In this document: one piece after another, positions 54,792-64,000 of the stretch
Layout of the letters: each line of letters begins with the position of its first letter
How positions within the stretch are numbered: position 1 is the first letter of the stretch
NCBI GenBank assembly: GCA_024281145.1
Contig: JAMXLN010000124.1
Coordinates: 8,692 to 72,691, forward strand
Direction of reading: 5' to 3'
DNA from: Hyphomicrobiaceae bacterium
GTDB taxonomy: Bacteria; Pseudomonadota; Alphaproteobacteria; Rhizobiales; Hyphomicrobiaceae
DNA: 64,000 nucleotides
Translations under genes and position numbers: made by a program
Notes under the pieces: model-generated
What the model was told of the DNA's origin: nothing
Database searches by the model: none
The model's input: the letters and a program-made list of their open reading frames with translations, nothing else

Positions 54792-55613
54792 ATGGCACTG
54801 AAGACATTCCGGCCGACCACCCCAAGCCTGCGCCAGTTGGTGCAGGTGGACCGCAGCCATCTGTGGAAGGGCGGGCCCATCAAGCTGTTGACCGAGGGTA
54901 AGACCAAGTCTGGCGGCCGCAACAACTATGGGCGCATCACCATGCGCCACGTCGGCGGCGGCCATAAGCAGGCCTACCGCCGTATCGACTTCAGGCGCAC
55001 CAAGCATGACATGACCGCCCGGGTCGAGCGGCTCGAATACGATCCCAACCGCACGGCCTTCATCGCGCTCTTGAAGTATAGCGACGGCACGCTGACCTAC
55101 ATCCTGGCGCCGCAGCGCCTGGCGGCAGGCGATTCGGTGGTCTCCGGCATCAAGGCCGACGTGAAGCCCGGCAACGCGATGCAACTCGCCTCCATGCCGA
55201 TTGGCACCATCGTGCACAATATCGAACTCAAGCCGGGTGGCGGCGGCAAGATTGCGCGTTCCGCAGGCGCCTATGCGCAGCTCGTGGGCCGTGACGCCGG
55301 CTGGGCGATCCTGCGCCTCAATTCCGGCGAGACCCGGCGCGTGCGCCAGGAGTGCATGGCAACGGTGGGAGCGGTCTCCAACCCCGACCACATGAACGAG
55401 GTCACTGGCAAGGCTGGGCGAACCCGCTGGCGCGGCACCCGGCCAACGGTGCGCTCGATTGCCATGAACCCCATCGATCACCCCAATGGCGGCCGCACCA
55501 AGGGGGGCAAGCACTGGGCCACCCCCTGGGGCAAGCCGACCAAGGGTTACAAGACGCGTAAGAACAAGGCGACGGACAGGTTCATCATCCGCGTCCGTCA
55601 CGGCTCGAAGTAA
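54792..55613 (+). CDS. rplB: 50S ribosomal protein L2 (with an atypical HPNGG loop, see findings)
   Basis: [15 protein letters not shown]... and [18 protein letters not shown]. Confidence 0.95.
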   Translation: MALKTFRPTTPSLRQLVQVDRSHLWKGGPIKLLTEGKTKSGGRNNYGRITMRHVGGGHKQAYRRIDFRRTKHDMTARVERLEYDPNRTAFIALLKYSDGTLTYILAPQRLAAGDSVVSGIKADVKPGNAMQLASMPIGTIVHNIELKPGGGGKIARSAGAYAQLVGRDAGWAILRLNSGETRRVRQECMATVGAVSNPDHMNEVTGKAGRTRWRGTRPTVRSIAMNPIDHPNGGRTKGGKHWATPWGKPTKGYKTRKNKATDRFIIRVRHGSK

Positions 55614-55624
55614 GGAGCAAGCAC

Positions 55625-55915
55625 GTGGCACGCTCAGTCTCGAAGGGTCCATTCGTCGATGGTTATCTGTTGAGGAAGGCCGAGACCGTGCGCAACTCGG
55701 GCCGCAACGAGATCATCCGCATCTGGAGCAGGCGGTCCACCATCCTGCCGCAGTTTGTCGGGCTAACATTCGGCGTGCACAACGGGCAGAAGCACATTCC
55801 CGTGAACGTGACCGAAGACATGATCGGCCACAAGTTCGGCGAATTCGCGCCGACCAGGACTTTTCACGGCCACAGCGGCGACAAAAAGGCCGTGAGGGCG
55901 AAGACCACGGCATGA
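55625..55915 (+). CDS. rpsS: 30S ribosomal protein S19
   Basis: GTG start. [10 protein letters not shown]...[22 protein letters not shown] signature. Confidence 0.96.
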   Translation: MARSVSKGPFVDGYLLRKAETVRNSGRNEIIRIWSRRSTILPQFVGLTFGVHNGQKHIPVNVTEDMIGHKFGEFAPTRTFHGHSGDKKAVRAKTTA

Positions 55916-55946
55916 GCAGCCAGGCAGCGAGCTGAAGGCGGCAAAG

Positions 55947-56345
55947 ATGGGCAAACCGAAGCGAGAGCGAGCGCTCGCCGACAACGAGGCGAAGGCCGTA
56001 ACCAAGAACCTGCGCATCTCGCCGCAGAAGCTCAACCTGCTGGCGCAGATGATCCGGGGCAAGAAGGTGGATACGGCGCTGGCGGACCTGGAGTTCTCCA
56101 GGAAGCGCATCGCCAAGGACGTGAGGAAGTGCGTCATGTCGGCGGTGGCCAACGCCGAGAACAATCACGGGCTCGACGTCAACGACCTGGTGGTGAAGGA
56201 AGCGTACGTGGGCAAGAACCTGGTGCTCACCCGCTTTCATGCCCGCGGGCGCGGCCGGATGAGCCCGATCGAAAAGCCGTTTGCGCAGCTCACGGTCGTG
56301 GTGAAGGCGCAAGAGGAAGAAGCACAAGCCGAAGGCGGTGCCTAA
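55947..56345 (+). CDS. rplV: 50S ribosomal protein L22
   Basis: [24 protein letters not shown] signature. Confidence 0.96.
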   Translation: MGKPKRERALADNEAKAVTKNLRISPQKLNLLAQMIRGKKVDTALADLEFSRKRIAKDVRKCVMSAVANAENNHGLDVNDLVVKEAYVGKNLVLTRFHARGRGRMSPIEKPFAQLTVVVKAQEEEAQAEGGA

Positions 56346-57112
56346 TGGGTCACAAGGTCAATCCGATCGGCCTGCGGGTCGGCATCAACCGCACGTGGGA
56401 TAGCCGCTGGTACGCTAACCGCGGCGAGTACGGCCGCCTGCTGCACGAGGACATGCACATCCGCGACCACATCCTGCAGCAGCAACGCCAGGCAGGGATT
56501 TCCAAGGTCGTCATTGAGCGCCCGCACAAGAAGTGCCGCGTGACGGTGCACACGGCAAGGCCCGGCGTGCTGATCGGCAAGAAGGGGGCCGATATCGAAA
56601 AGCTGAGGACTGAGCTTGCCAGGCTCACCTCCTCAGAGGTCCACCTCAATATCGTCGAGGTGAGAAAGCCCGAGATCGACGCGACGCTGGTGGCAGAGAC
56701 CATCGCCCAGCAGCTCGAGCGACGCGTGGCGTTCCGCCGCGCCATGAAGCGCGCGGTGCAGTCGGCGATCAGGCTGGGGGCCCTCGGCATCCGCATCAAC
56801 TGCTCGGGGCGGCTCGGGGGCGCGGAGATCGCGCGCGTGGAATGGTACCGCGAGGGACGCGTGCCGCTGCACACCCTGCGCGCCGACATCGATTTCGGCT
56901 ATGGCCTCGCCAAGACCGCCTATGGCGTGATCGGCGTGAAGGTCTGGATCTTCAAGGGCGAGATCATGGAGCACGATCCGATGGCCGCCGAGAAGCGCGC
57001 CATCGAAGCGCAGGAAGGCGGTGGCGGCCGACGCCGGGGCGGTGGTGGCGGCGGCGATCGCGATGGCGGCTGGGCCGGCGGCGAGCGCCAGGCCGAGCCG
57101 GCCAAGGCGTGA
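56345..57112 (+). CDS. rpsC: 30S ribosomal protein S3 (Gly/Arg-rich C-terminal tail)
   Basis: TAATG overlap with rpl[25 protein letters not shown] signature. Confidence 0.96.
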   Translation: MGHKVNPIGLRVGINRTWDSRWYANRGEYGRLLHEDMHIRDHILQQQRQAGISKVVIERPHKKCRVTVHTARPGVLIGKKGADIEKLRTELARLTSSEVHLNIVEVRKPEIDATLVAETIAQQLERRVAFRRAMKRAVQSAIRLGALGIRINCSGRLGGAEIARVEWYREGRVPLHTLRADIDFGYGLAKTAYGVIGVKVWIFKGEIMEHDPMAAEKRAIEAQEGGGGRRRGGGGGGDRDGGWAGGERQAEPAKA

Positions 57113-57123
57113 GGTGAGGGGCT

Positions 57124-57534
57124 ATGCTGCAGCCAACGCGCACCAAATTCCGCAAGGCCTTCAAGGGCCGCATCCATGGCCAGGCCAAGGGCGGGACGGA
57201 GCTCAATTTCGGGTCCCACGGCCTCAAGGCGGTGGAGCCCGAGCGTCTCACGGCGCGCCAGATCGAGGCGGCGCGGCGGGCCATCACGCGTGCCATGAAG
57301 CGCACCGGCCGGGTGTGGATCCGGGTGTTCCCGGACGTGCCCGTCACCAAGAAGCCGGCGGAGGTGCGCATGGGCTCCGGCAAGGGCGCGCCGGAGCTTT
57401 GGATCTGCCGCGTCAAGCCCGGCCGCATCATGTTCGAGCTCGACGGCGTCAACGACGCCACCGCGCGCGAGGCCCTTTCGCTCGGTGCGGCGAAACTCCC
57501 CATCAAAACCCGGATCGTCCGGCGACAGGCCTGA
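57124..57534 (+). CDS. rplP: 50S ribosomal protein L16
   Basis: [19 protein letters not shown]...[10 protein letters not shown] signature. Confidence 0.97.
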   Translation: MLQPTRTKFRKAFKGRIHGQAKGGTELNFGSHGLKAVEPERLTARQIEAARRAITRAMKRTGRVWIRVFPDVPVTKKPAEVRMGSGKGAPELWICRVKPGRIMFELDGVNDATAREALSLGAAKLPIKTRIVRRQA

Positions 57535-57556
57535 GGCGGTAAGCAACGAGGTGGTC

Positions 57557-57772
57557 ATGAAGGCGCAAGAGTACAGGGCCATGTCGGTAGACCAGCTCGA
57601 CGAGCAGCTGGCAAAGCTCAAGAAGGAGCAGTTTAACCTGCGCTTCCAGCGGGCCTCGGGGCAGCTTGAGAATACCTCGCGCGTGCGCGAGGTGCGACGC
57701 GACATCGCCCGGCTCAAGACGGTGCAGGTCGCGAGGCGCAACGGCCAGGGCGCGGCCGAGGACAAGAGCTGA
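57557..57772 (+). CDS. rpmC: 50S ribosomal protein L29
   Basis: [27 protein letters not shown] signature. Confidence 0.95.
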   Translation: MKAQEYRAMSVDQLDEQLAKLKKEQFNLRFQRASGQLENTSRVREVRRDIARLKTVQVARRNGQGAAEDKS

Positions 57773-57783
57773 GGATAAAGGCA

Positions 57784-58023
57784 ATGCCGAAGCGCGTTTT
57801 GCAGGGCGTGGTGGTTTCCGACAAAAACACCAAGACGGTGGTGGTCGAGGTGGAGCGCCGCTACACGCATCCGCTGTTTAAGAAGACGGTGCGCCGCTCC
57901 AAGAAATTCCACGCCCACGATGAGGAAGAGACCTTCAAGGTGGGTGACCTCGTCTTCATCGAAGAGAGCCGCCCGATCTCAAAGAACAAGCGTTGGGTGG
58001 TGCTAAAGGACAGGAGACCCTGA
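57784..58023 (+). CDS. rpsQ: 30S ribosomal protein S17
   Basis: [29 protein letters not shown] signature. Confidence 0.96.
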   Translation: MPKRVLQGVVVSDKNTKTVVVEVERRYTHPLFKKTVRRSKKFHAHDEEETFKVGDLVFIEESRPISKNKRWVVLKDRRP

Positions 58024-58044
58024 GCGGCGGGCGCGCCGCTCAGG
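58019..58044 (+). terminator. hairpin at the S10/spc operon junction, overlapping the rpsQ stop codon
   Basis: Perfect 11-bp stem cctgagcggcg/cgccgctcagg with a GGCG loop and no T-tract. Confidence 0.35.
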
Positions 58045-58111
58045 TCGCTCCAGACGAGAGACGCACGGTGAGCCGGACGATCCGGCAGAAGCGGGATGAG
58101 GACGGGTCGCG

Positions 58112-58480
58112 ATGATCCAGATGGAGACCAATCTCGACGTGGCCGATAATTCCGGGGCACGCCGACTGCAATGCATCAAGGTGCTCGGCGGCTCCAAGCG
58201 CCGATACGCCACGATCGGCGACACGATCGTCGTGACCATCAAGGAGGCGATCCCACGCGGCCGCGTCAAAAAGGGCGAGGTCATGAAAGCGGTGGTGGTC
58301 CGCACCGCCAAAGGTGTGCGCCGCCCGGACGGCTCGCTCATCCGTTTTGACCGCAACGCCGCGGTGCTGATCAACCCGCAGGGCGAGCCGATCGGCACGC
58401 GTATCTTCGGACCGGTGACGCGCGAGCTCAGGGCCAAGAACCACATGAAGATCGTGAGCCTTGCCCCGGAGGTGCTGTGA
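58112..58480 (+). CDS. rplN: 50S ribosomal protein L14
   Basis: [17 protein letters not shown]... signature. Confidence 0.97.
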   Translation: MIQMETNLDVADNSGARRLQCIKVLGGSKRRYATIGDTIVVTIKEAIPRGRVKKGEVMKAVVVRTAKGVRRPDGSLIRFDRNAAVLINPQGEPIGTRIFGPVTRELRAKNHMKIVSLAPEVL

Positions 58481-58806
58481 TGGCGGGGGCCAAGATCAAG
58501 AAGGGCGATCAGGTGATCGTGCTCGCCGGCCGCGACAAGGGCAAGAAGGGCGAGGTCTACCAGGTCATACCCAAGGACGGCCGGGCGCTGGTGCGCGGTG
58601 TCAACGTGGTGCGCAAGCATCAGCGCCAGACGGCGCAACAGGAGGGTGGCATCATCGCCAAGGAGGCGTCCATTCACGTCTCCAATCTGGCGCTTGAGGA
58701 TCCCAAGGACGGCAAACCCACCCGCGTCGGCTTCAAGCGGTTGGATGATGGGCGCAAGGTGCGCTTCGCCAAGCGCTCAGGCGAAATCATCGAGGACAAG
58801 CGATAG
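58480..58806 (+). CDS. rplX: 50S ribosomal protein L24
   Basis: TGATG overlap with rpl[23 protein letters not shown] is the KOW motif. Confidence 0.95.
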   Translation: MAGAKIKKGDQVIVLAGRDKGKKGEVYQVIPKDGRALVRGVNVVRKHQRQTAQQEGGIIAKEASIHVSNLALEDPKDGKPTRVGFKRLDDGRKVRFAKRSGEIIEDKR

Positions 58807-58808
58807 CC

Positions 58809-59561
58809 ATGGCCGAAGACGACAAGCCGGCAAGGGCGGCCAAACCCGAGCGACCCGCCAAGGGCCCCGACGGCGACAAACCCGCAAGGCAGGCCAAACC
58901 GGGCAAAGAGGCAACGGCCAAGGGTGGCCAGAAGGGTGCGCCCCGAGACGGCAAGGGCGGGCCCAAAGACAAGGCTGCGCCCAAGGAGAAGGCGGCGCGC
59001 GCCCCGCGACCCAAGGATTACAAGCCGCGCATGAAGGCCCACTACGAGAGGGTGGTGCGCGAGGAGATGGCCAAGCAGTTTAGCTACCAGAACCGCATGC
59101 AGATCCCCCGCATCGACAAGGTTGTGCTCAACATGGGGGTCGGTGAGGCGGTCAACGACCGCAAGAAGGTGGAATCGGCCGCCAAGGATCTGGGGCTGAT
59201 CGCCGGACAGAAACCGGTCATCACGCGGGCGCGCAAGTCGGTCGCCACCTATAAGGTGCGCGATGGCATGCCGATCGGCTGCAAGGTGACGTTGCGGGGC
59301 GATCGCATGTACGAATTCGTCGACCGCTTGGTGACGATTGCCCTGCCGCGGGTGAAGGACTTCCGGGGTCTCAACCCCAAGAGCTTCGACGGGCGCGGCA
59401 ACTTCGCCCTCGGCCTTAGAGAACACATCGTCTTTCCCGAGATCGACTACGACCAGGTGGACGAGGTCAGGGGCATGGATGTGATCGTGTGCACGACCGC
59501 GCACAGCGACGAGGAGGCACGCGCGCTGTTGCGTGGCTTCAATTTCCCGTTCCGCAGCTAG
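58809..59561 (+). CDS. rplE: 50S ribosomal protein L5 with a ~65-aa Lys/Pro/Ala-rich N-terminal extension
   Basis: The conserved L5 core begins at ...[21 protein letters not shown]...NMGVGE. There is no in-frame start immediately before the core, and the ATG at 58809 lies 2 nt after the rplX stop. Confidence 0.85.
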   Translation: MAEDDKPARAAKPERPAKGPDGDKPARQAKPGKEATAKGGQKGAPRDGKGGPKDKAAPKEKAARAPRPKDYKPRMKAHYERVVREEMAKQFSYQNRMQIPRIDKVVLNMGVGEAVNDRKKVESAAKDLGLIAGQKPVITRARKSVATYKVRDGMPIGCKVTLRGDRMYEFVDRLVTIALPRVKDFRGLNPKSFDGRGNFALGLREHIVFPEIDYDQVDEVRGMDVIVCTTAHSDEEARALLRGFNFPFRS

Positions 59562-59590
59562 GGCCCGCTGCAAGGGGCCCGGAGGATAGA

Positions 59591-59896
59591 ATGGCAAAGC
59601 AGAGTTCGGTCAACAAGAATGCCCACCGCAAGAAGCTGGTGGCGCGCTATGCGGGCAAACGCAAGGAGCTGAAGGCGACTGCCGCGGATCTTAGCAAGCC
59701 CGCTGAGGTGCGATTTGCGGCGCGCCTGAAGCTCGCCCAGCTGCCGCGGAACTCGTCGGCCACCCGCATTCGCAACCGTTGCGAGCTGACCGGGCGGGCG
59801 CGCGGCTACTACCGCAAGCTGCGCGTGTGCCGCAACATGCTGAGAGAGCTGGCGAGCCAAGGCCAGATCCCCGGCATGGTGAAGTCGAGCTGGTAA
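59591..59896 (+). CDS. rpsN: 30S ribosomal protein S14
   Basis: [16 protein letters not shown]...[26 protein letters not shown]...KSSW. Confidence 0.96.
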   Translation: MAKQSSVNKNAHRKKLVARYAGKRKELKATAADLSKPAEVRFAARLKLAQLPRNSSATRIRNRCELTGRARGYYRKLRVCRNMLRELASQGQIPGMVKSSW

Positions 59897-59908
59897 GGAG
59901 GCCAGGCG

Positions 59909-60301
59909 ATGAACGATCCGCTCGGCGACATGCTCACCCGCATCCGCAACGCGCAGCAGCGGCGGCGCCCCAAGGTGTCCTCGCCCGCTTCCAAGCTGCG
60001 CGAGCGGGTGCTCGACGTGCTGGTGGACGAAGGCTACATCCGCGGCTACGCCCGCGTCGACCACAAGAACGGTCTCTCCGAGTTCGAGATCGAACTGAAA
60101 TACGCCAATGGCCAGCCGGCCATTCGCGAGATCAGCCGCGTGTCCACCCCGGGCCGGCGCGTCTATAAGGCGGTGCGCGATCTCACGAGCGTGGCCAACG
60201 GGCTCGGCGTTGCCATCCTATCGACGCCCAAGGGCGTGATGTCGGATGCCCGCGCGCGCGAGGAGAACGTCGGCGGCGAGATCCTCTGCAACGTGTTTTG
60301 A
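59909..60301 (+). CDS. rpsH: 30S ribosomal protein S8
   Basis: [14 protein letters not shown] signature. Confidence 0.97.
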   Translation: MNDPLGDMLTRIRNAQQRRRPKVSSPASKLRERVLDVLVDEGYIRGYARVDHKNGLSEFEIELKYANGQPAIREISRVSTPGRRVYKAVRDLTSVANGLGVAILSTPKGVMSDARAREENVGGEILCNVF

Positions 60302-60349
60302 CGCGGGCGAGGCAGGCTCCGCCGGGGGCCTAGGGATAAGGAGTTGAGG

Positions 60350-60892
60350 ATGTCGCGCATTGGTAGGAACCCGGTGGTCGTCCCCGCCGGCGTCACCGCG
60401 ACCGTCGAAGGACAGACGGTGAAGATGAAGGGGCCGAAGGGCGAGCTCTCCTTCACCTGCCCGGAGCAGGTCGAGGTGAAGACGGGCCCCGCGGGCATCG
60501 AGGTGAAGCCGCGCGAGGAGACGCAGATGGCGCGCGCGCTCTGGGGCATGTCGCGCTCGCAAATTGCCAACCTCGTCGAGGGCGTGACCAAGGGCTACGC
60601 GCACACCCTGGAGATCCATGGCGTGGGCTTCCGCGCCGCGCTCAAGGGCAAGGATACCCTGCAGCTGCAAGTTGGATTTAGCCACGACGTGATCCACAAG
60701 ATCCCGGCGGGCGTCGACGTGAAGGTGGCCGGCGCCAAGCAGGAGATCATCGAGGTCTCCGGCATCGACAAGCAGAAGGTGGGACAGATGGCGGCCGTCA
60801 TCCGCGCCTCGCGGCCGCCCGAGCCCTATCAAGGCAAAGGCATTCGCTACCGGGGCGAGTACATCCACATGAAGGAAGGCAAGAAAAAGTGA
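60350..60892 (+). CDS. rplF: 50S ribosomal protein L6
   Basis: [15 protein letters not shown]...[11 protein letters not shown], with AAGGAG 6 nt upstream. Confidence 0.96.
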   Translation: MSRIGRNPVVVPAGVTATVEGQTVKMKGPKGELSFTCPEQVEVKTGPAGIEVKPREETQMARALWGMSRSQIANLVEGVTKGYAHTLEIHGVGFRAALKGKDTLQLQVGFSHDVIHKIPAGVDVKVAGAKQEIIEVSGIDKQKVGQMAAVIRASRPPEPYQGKGIRYRGEYIHMKEGKKK

Positions 60893-60899
60893 GGCGTCC

Positions 60900-61262
60900 A
60901 TGCTGAGCAGGCAGAGCCAGTTCGACCGCCGCACGCAGCGCGTGCGCCGCTCGCTCGCCAAGGGCGCCGGGGGGCGGGCGCGGCTATCGGTGTTCCGCTC
61001 CTCCAAGCACATCTACGCGCAGGTGATCGACGACGCCAAGGGCCACACGCTGGCCGCGGCCTCCAGCCTTGAGAAGGAGCTGCGAGCCCAGCTCAAGACT
61101 GGTGCCGACAAGGCCGCCGCGGCCGCCGTTGGCAAGCTGCTGGCTGAGCGGGCCAAGAAGGCCGGCGTGGACAAGGTCGTGTTCGACCGCGGCGGCTATC
61201 GCTATCACGGGCGCATCAAGGCGCTCGCAGACGGGGCCCGCGAAGGCGGCCTCAACCTGTAA
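60900..61262 (+). CDS. rplR: 50S ribosomal protein L18
   Basis: [18 protein letters not shown]...[24 protein letters not shown]. Confidence 0.96.
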   Translation: MLSRQSQFDRRTQRVRRSLAKGAGGRARLSVFRSSKHIYAQVIDDAKGHTLAAASSLEKELRAQLKTGADKAAAAAVGKLLAERAKKAGVDKVVFDRGGYRYHGRIKALADGAREGGLNL

Positions 61263-61279
61263 CGAGGAGAAGGTTTCAC

Positions 61280-61864
61280 GTGGCGCGCAATCCTAGGGAC
61301 AGAGACCGCGGGCGCGATCGCGAAGAGCGCGATAGCGAGTTCGCCGACAAGCTCGTACACATCAACCGCGTGGCCAAGGTGGTCAAGGGCGGCAAGCGTT
61401 TCGGCTTTGCGGCACTGGTGGTGGTCGGCGACCAGAAGGGTCGCGTCGGCTTCGGCCACGGCAAGGCCCGCGAGGTTCCCGAAGCGATCCGCAAGGCGAC
61501 CGACGCGGCGCGGCGCGGTCTCATTCGTGTGCCGCTCCGAGAAGGGCGAACCCTGCATCACGATTCGGAAGGCCGGCACGGCGCCGGCAAGGTGGTGCTG
61601 CGCTCGGCACCGCCCGGCACCGGCATCATCGCCGGCGGCCCCACCCGCGCCGTGTTCGAGATGCTGGGCGTGCATGACGTGGTGGCGAAATCACTAGGCT
61701 CCACCAATCCCTACAACATGGTGCGGGCCACCTTTGACGCCCTCAAGGGCCAGGAGAACCCGCGCGCGGTGGCGGCACGGCGCGGCAAGAAGGTGAGCGA
61801 AATTGTGGCCCGCCGGCGCGACGGCTCGGCCGGCGACGCCGAGACGGCCGGCGAAGCGGCTTGA
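61280..61864 (+). CDS. rpsE: 30S ribosomal protein S5
   Basis: GTG start. [27 protein letters not shown] signature. Confidence 0.95.
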   Translation: MARNPRDRDRGRDREERDSEFADKLVHINRVAKVVKGGKRFGFAALVVVGDQKGRVGFGHGKAREVPEAIRKATDAARRGLIRVPLREGRTLHHDSEGRHGAGKVVLRSAPPGTGIIAGGPTRAVFEMLGVHDVVAKSLGSTNPYNMVRATFDALKGQENPRAVAARRGKKVSEIVARRRDGSAGDAETAGEAA

Positions 61865-61880
61865 GCGGGGATGACGTGGC

Positions 61881-62120
61881 ATGACAACTGAACGGACGGG
61901 TGGTAGGGACGGCACCAGCGTGGGTGCAAAGTCGGGCAAGACGCTCACGGTCGAGCAGGTTGCGAGCCCGGCGCGGCGGCCCAAGTCCCAGGAGCAGACG
62001 CTGATCGGTCTCGGCCTCAATAAGCTGCGCCGGCGTCGCACACTGCAGGACACGCCCGCCGTGCGCGGTATGATCCACAAAGTTCGGCACCTGGTGCGGG
62101 TCGTCGACGAGAAGGCCTGA
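61881..62120 (+). CDS. rpmD: 50S ribosomal protein L30 (start uncertain; possible short N-terminal extension)
   Basis: [28 protein letters not shown]...[18 protein letters not shown]. Confidence 0.9.
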   Translation: MTTERTGGRDGTSVGAKSGKTLTVEQVASPARRPKSQEQTLIGLGLNKLRRRRTLQDTPAVRGMIHKVRHLVRVVDEKA

Positions 62121-62144
62121 GAGTGAGCGGGAGCAGTGACGCCA

Positions 62145-62696
62145 ATGCGCCTCAACGAGCTCAAGGATAATCCCGGATCGCGCAAGATGCGCATCCGCAT
62201 CGGCCGCGGCATTGGCTCCGGCATGGGTAAGATGGGCGGTCGCGGCGGCAAAGGCCAAACCGCCCGCTCCGGCGTGCGCCTCGGTGGCTTCGAGGGTGGC
62301 CAGATGCCGCTACACCGGCGTCTGCCGAAGCGCGGCTTCAACAAGCGCAATCGCAAAGTCTTCAATGAAGTTCCGCTCGGGCGCTTGCAGGCGGCGGTCG
62401 ATGCCAACTTGATCGATCCGGCCAAGCCCGTCGATGTTGCCGCGCTGGTGGCGGCCGGCGTGATCCGGCGCCCTCTCGATGGTGTGCGCATCCTGGGGGG
62501 CGGCGAGCTCACGGCCAAGCTGGCGCTGACCGTTGATCACGCCACCGCCGGGGCCAAAGCGGCGATTGAAAGCGCGGGCGGGTCGATCGCACTGATCGAA
62601 AAGAAGGTGCTGCCGGCCGACGAGGAAAAGCGCAAGAAGTCGGCTGCCAAAAAGACCAAGACGACCAAGCCCAAAGCGGCAGCCAGCGAGGACTAG
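62145..62696 (+). CDS. rplO: 50S ribosomal protein L15 (Lys-rich C-terminal tail)
   Basis: [14 protein letters not shown]...[19 protein letters not shown]. Confidence 0.95.
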   Translation: MRLNELKDNPGSRKMRIRIGRGIGSGMGKMGGRGGKGQTARSGVRLGGFEGGQMPLHRRLPKRGFNKRNRKVFNEVPLGRLQAAVDANLIDPAKPVDVAALVAAGVIRRPLDGVRILGGGELTAKLALTVDHATAGAKAAIESAGGSIALIEKKVLPADEEKRKKSAAKKTKTTKPKAAASED

Positions 62697-62829
62697 GGGC
62701 GAGCGGGCGCGGTCGCCCTATGCCCGGCTGTGCGGGCGGGTCCCCACGGTGCTTGCGAGGATCGCTAGCCGGGCCCATGTTGCTGACAGCCCGCGCCGCG
62801 CGCGGGGGATGGGGCCCAAGGAGAGGCAA

Positions 62830-64000
62830 ATGGTTTCCGCCGCCGAGCAACTTGCCGCCAACCTGAATTTTGGCGCCTTTGCCAAGGCCGAAGAGCTCAA
62901 GAAGCGCATCTGGTTCACGCTTGCCGCACTCGTGGTCTATCGGCTCGGCACCTTTATCCCGATCCCCGGCATCAATCCGGCCGCTTTCGCTGAGTCATTC
63001 AAGGCCCAGTCCTCCGGTATCCTTGGCATGTTCAACATGTTCGCCGGGGGTGCTGTGGAGCGCATGGCGATCTTTGCGCTCAACATCATGCCCTACATCT
63101 CCGCCTCCATTATCATGCAGCTGATGACGAGCGTCGTGCCCACGCTCGAGCAGCTCAAAAAGGAAGGCGAGCAGGGCCGCAAGCAAATCAACCAGTACAC
63201 CCGCTACATGACCGTGGGCTTGGCGGCCTTCCAGGCCTACGGCATCGCCTTCGGGCTCGAAGGGTCGCGTGGTGCATCCGGCCCGGTGGTGATCGACCCG
63301 GGGTGGTTCTTCCGCATCTCCACGGTCGTGACGCTTGTCGGCGGCACCTTGTTCTTGATGTGGCTCGGCGAGCAGATCACCGCGCGGGGCGTGGGCAATG
63401 GAACGTCGCTCATCATCATGTCGGGGATTGTCGCCGGTCTGCCCACGGCCCTGGCAGGCCTGCTCGAGCTGTCACGGCAAGGCGCCATTTCCTGGCCGCT
63501 GCTCATCGGCCTCGTGGCGCTGATGCTGGCGGTGGTCGGGGCCATCGTGTTCATCGAGCGCGCGCAGCGGCGCCTCTTGGTGCAATATCCCAAGCGGCAA
63601 ATGGGCAACCGCATGTTCCAGGGCGACGCCTCCCATCTCCCCTTGAAGCTCAACTCGTCGGGCGTCATCCCGCCGATCTTTGCCTCCTCGCTGCTGCTGT
63701 TGCCCATCACGGTGGCGCAGTTCAGCGCCGGTTCGGGACCGGAGTGGCTCGGGGGCATCGTCGCCTCGCTGGGGCGGGGCCAGCCCCTCTACCTCGTCAT
63801 CTACGTGGCGCTCATCGTGTTCTTCGCCTTCTTTTACACCGCCATCGTCTTCAACCCGCAGGAGACGGCCGACAACTTGCGCAAATACGGCGGGTTCCTG
63901 CCGGGGATCCGACCGGGCACCAAGACGGCGGAATACATCGATTACGTGCTCACACGCATCACGGTGATCGGCGCGATCTATCTTTCGATGGTGTGCGTGC
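62830..64000 (+). CDS. secY: preprotein translocase subunit SecY (3' end truncated by the window edge)
   Basis: I translated this myself: MVSAAEQLAANLNFGAFAKAEELKKRIWFTLAALVVYRLGTFIPIPGI...GGAVERMAIFALNIMPYISASIIMQL. AAGGAGAGG lies upstream. It is absent from the ORF track because there is no stop in the window. Confidence 0.93.
   Translation, partial: MVSAAEQLAANLNFGAFAKAEELKKRIWFTLAALVVYRLGTFIPIPGINPAAFAESFKAQSSGILGMFNMFAGGAVERMAIFALNIMPYISASIIMQLMTSVVPTLEQLKKEGEQGRKQINQYTRYMTVGLAAFQAYGIAFGLEGSRGASGPVVIDPGWFFRISTVVTLVGGTLFLMWLGEQITARGVGNGTSLIIMSGIVAGLPTALAGLLELSRQGAISWPLLIGLVALMLAVVGAIVFIERAQRRLLVQYPKRQMGNRMFQGDASHLPLKLNSSGVIPPIFASSLLLLPITVAQFSAGSGPEWLGGIVASLGRGQPLYLVIYVALIVFFAFFYTAIVFNPQETADNLRKYGGFLPGIRPGTKTAEYIDYVLTRITVIGAIYLSMVCV

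Overview
This is a high-GC chromosomal segment whose gene content looks alphaproteobacterial (HWE-type histidine kinase, rlmB/tRNA-Tyr ... tRNA-Trp-secE-nusG layout). Taxonomy is an inference only.

The left ~34 kb holds mixed accessory and metabolic genes:
- an orphan MASE1/multi-PAS/HWE sensor kinase;
- a Rieske plus two-amidohydrolase operon;
- VOC and FMN-reductase genes;
- a translationally coupled envelope operon (membrane protein, GH26-like hydrolase, small secreted protein, Cys-rich secreted metzincin), next to a BcsS-like barrel gene and galE;
- a TPR protein, a two-subunit molybdo-hydroxylase and a GST;
- an Ldh_2/LLM-monooxygenase/binding-protein operon;
- two odd small secreted proteins, and rlmB;
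- a ~6.4 kb block (P450, unknown protein, SPFH, csoR, copA) wedged between tRNA-Tyr and tRNA-Gly.

The right ~30 kb is the conserved translation/transcription core: tRNA-Gly, tRNA-Trp, secE-nusG-rplKAJL-rpoBC, one antisense oxidoreductase gene, rpsL-rpsG-fusA-tuf, then the S10 and spc operons up to a secY truncated by the window end.

I saw no rRNA, CRISPR array, transposase, integrase, phage gene or recognisable defence system.

The things most worth a second look:
1. the uncharacterised coupled envelope operon at 9.6-13.4 kb;
2. the SPFH/unknown/P450 module downstream of a very compact csoR-copA control region in which both mRNAs appear leaderless;
3. two small secreted proteins of extreme Tyr/Arg/Trp and Cys composition;
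4. departures from near-invariant motifs in EF-Tu (switch I) and ribosomal protein L2 (HPHGGGEG loop), plus a Lys/Pro/Ala-rich N-terminal extension on L5.

Many long ORFs in the supplied track are antisense artefacts of the high GC content and were not called.
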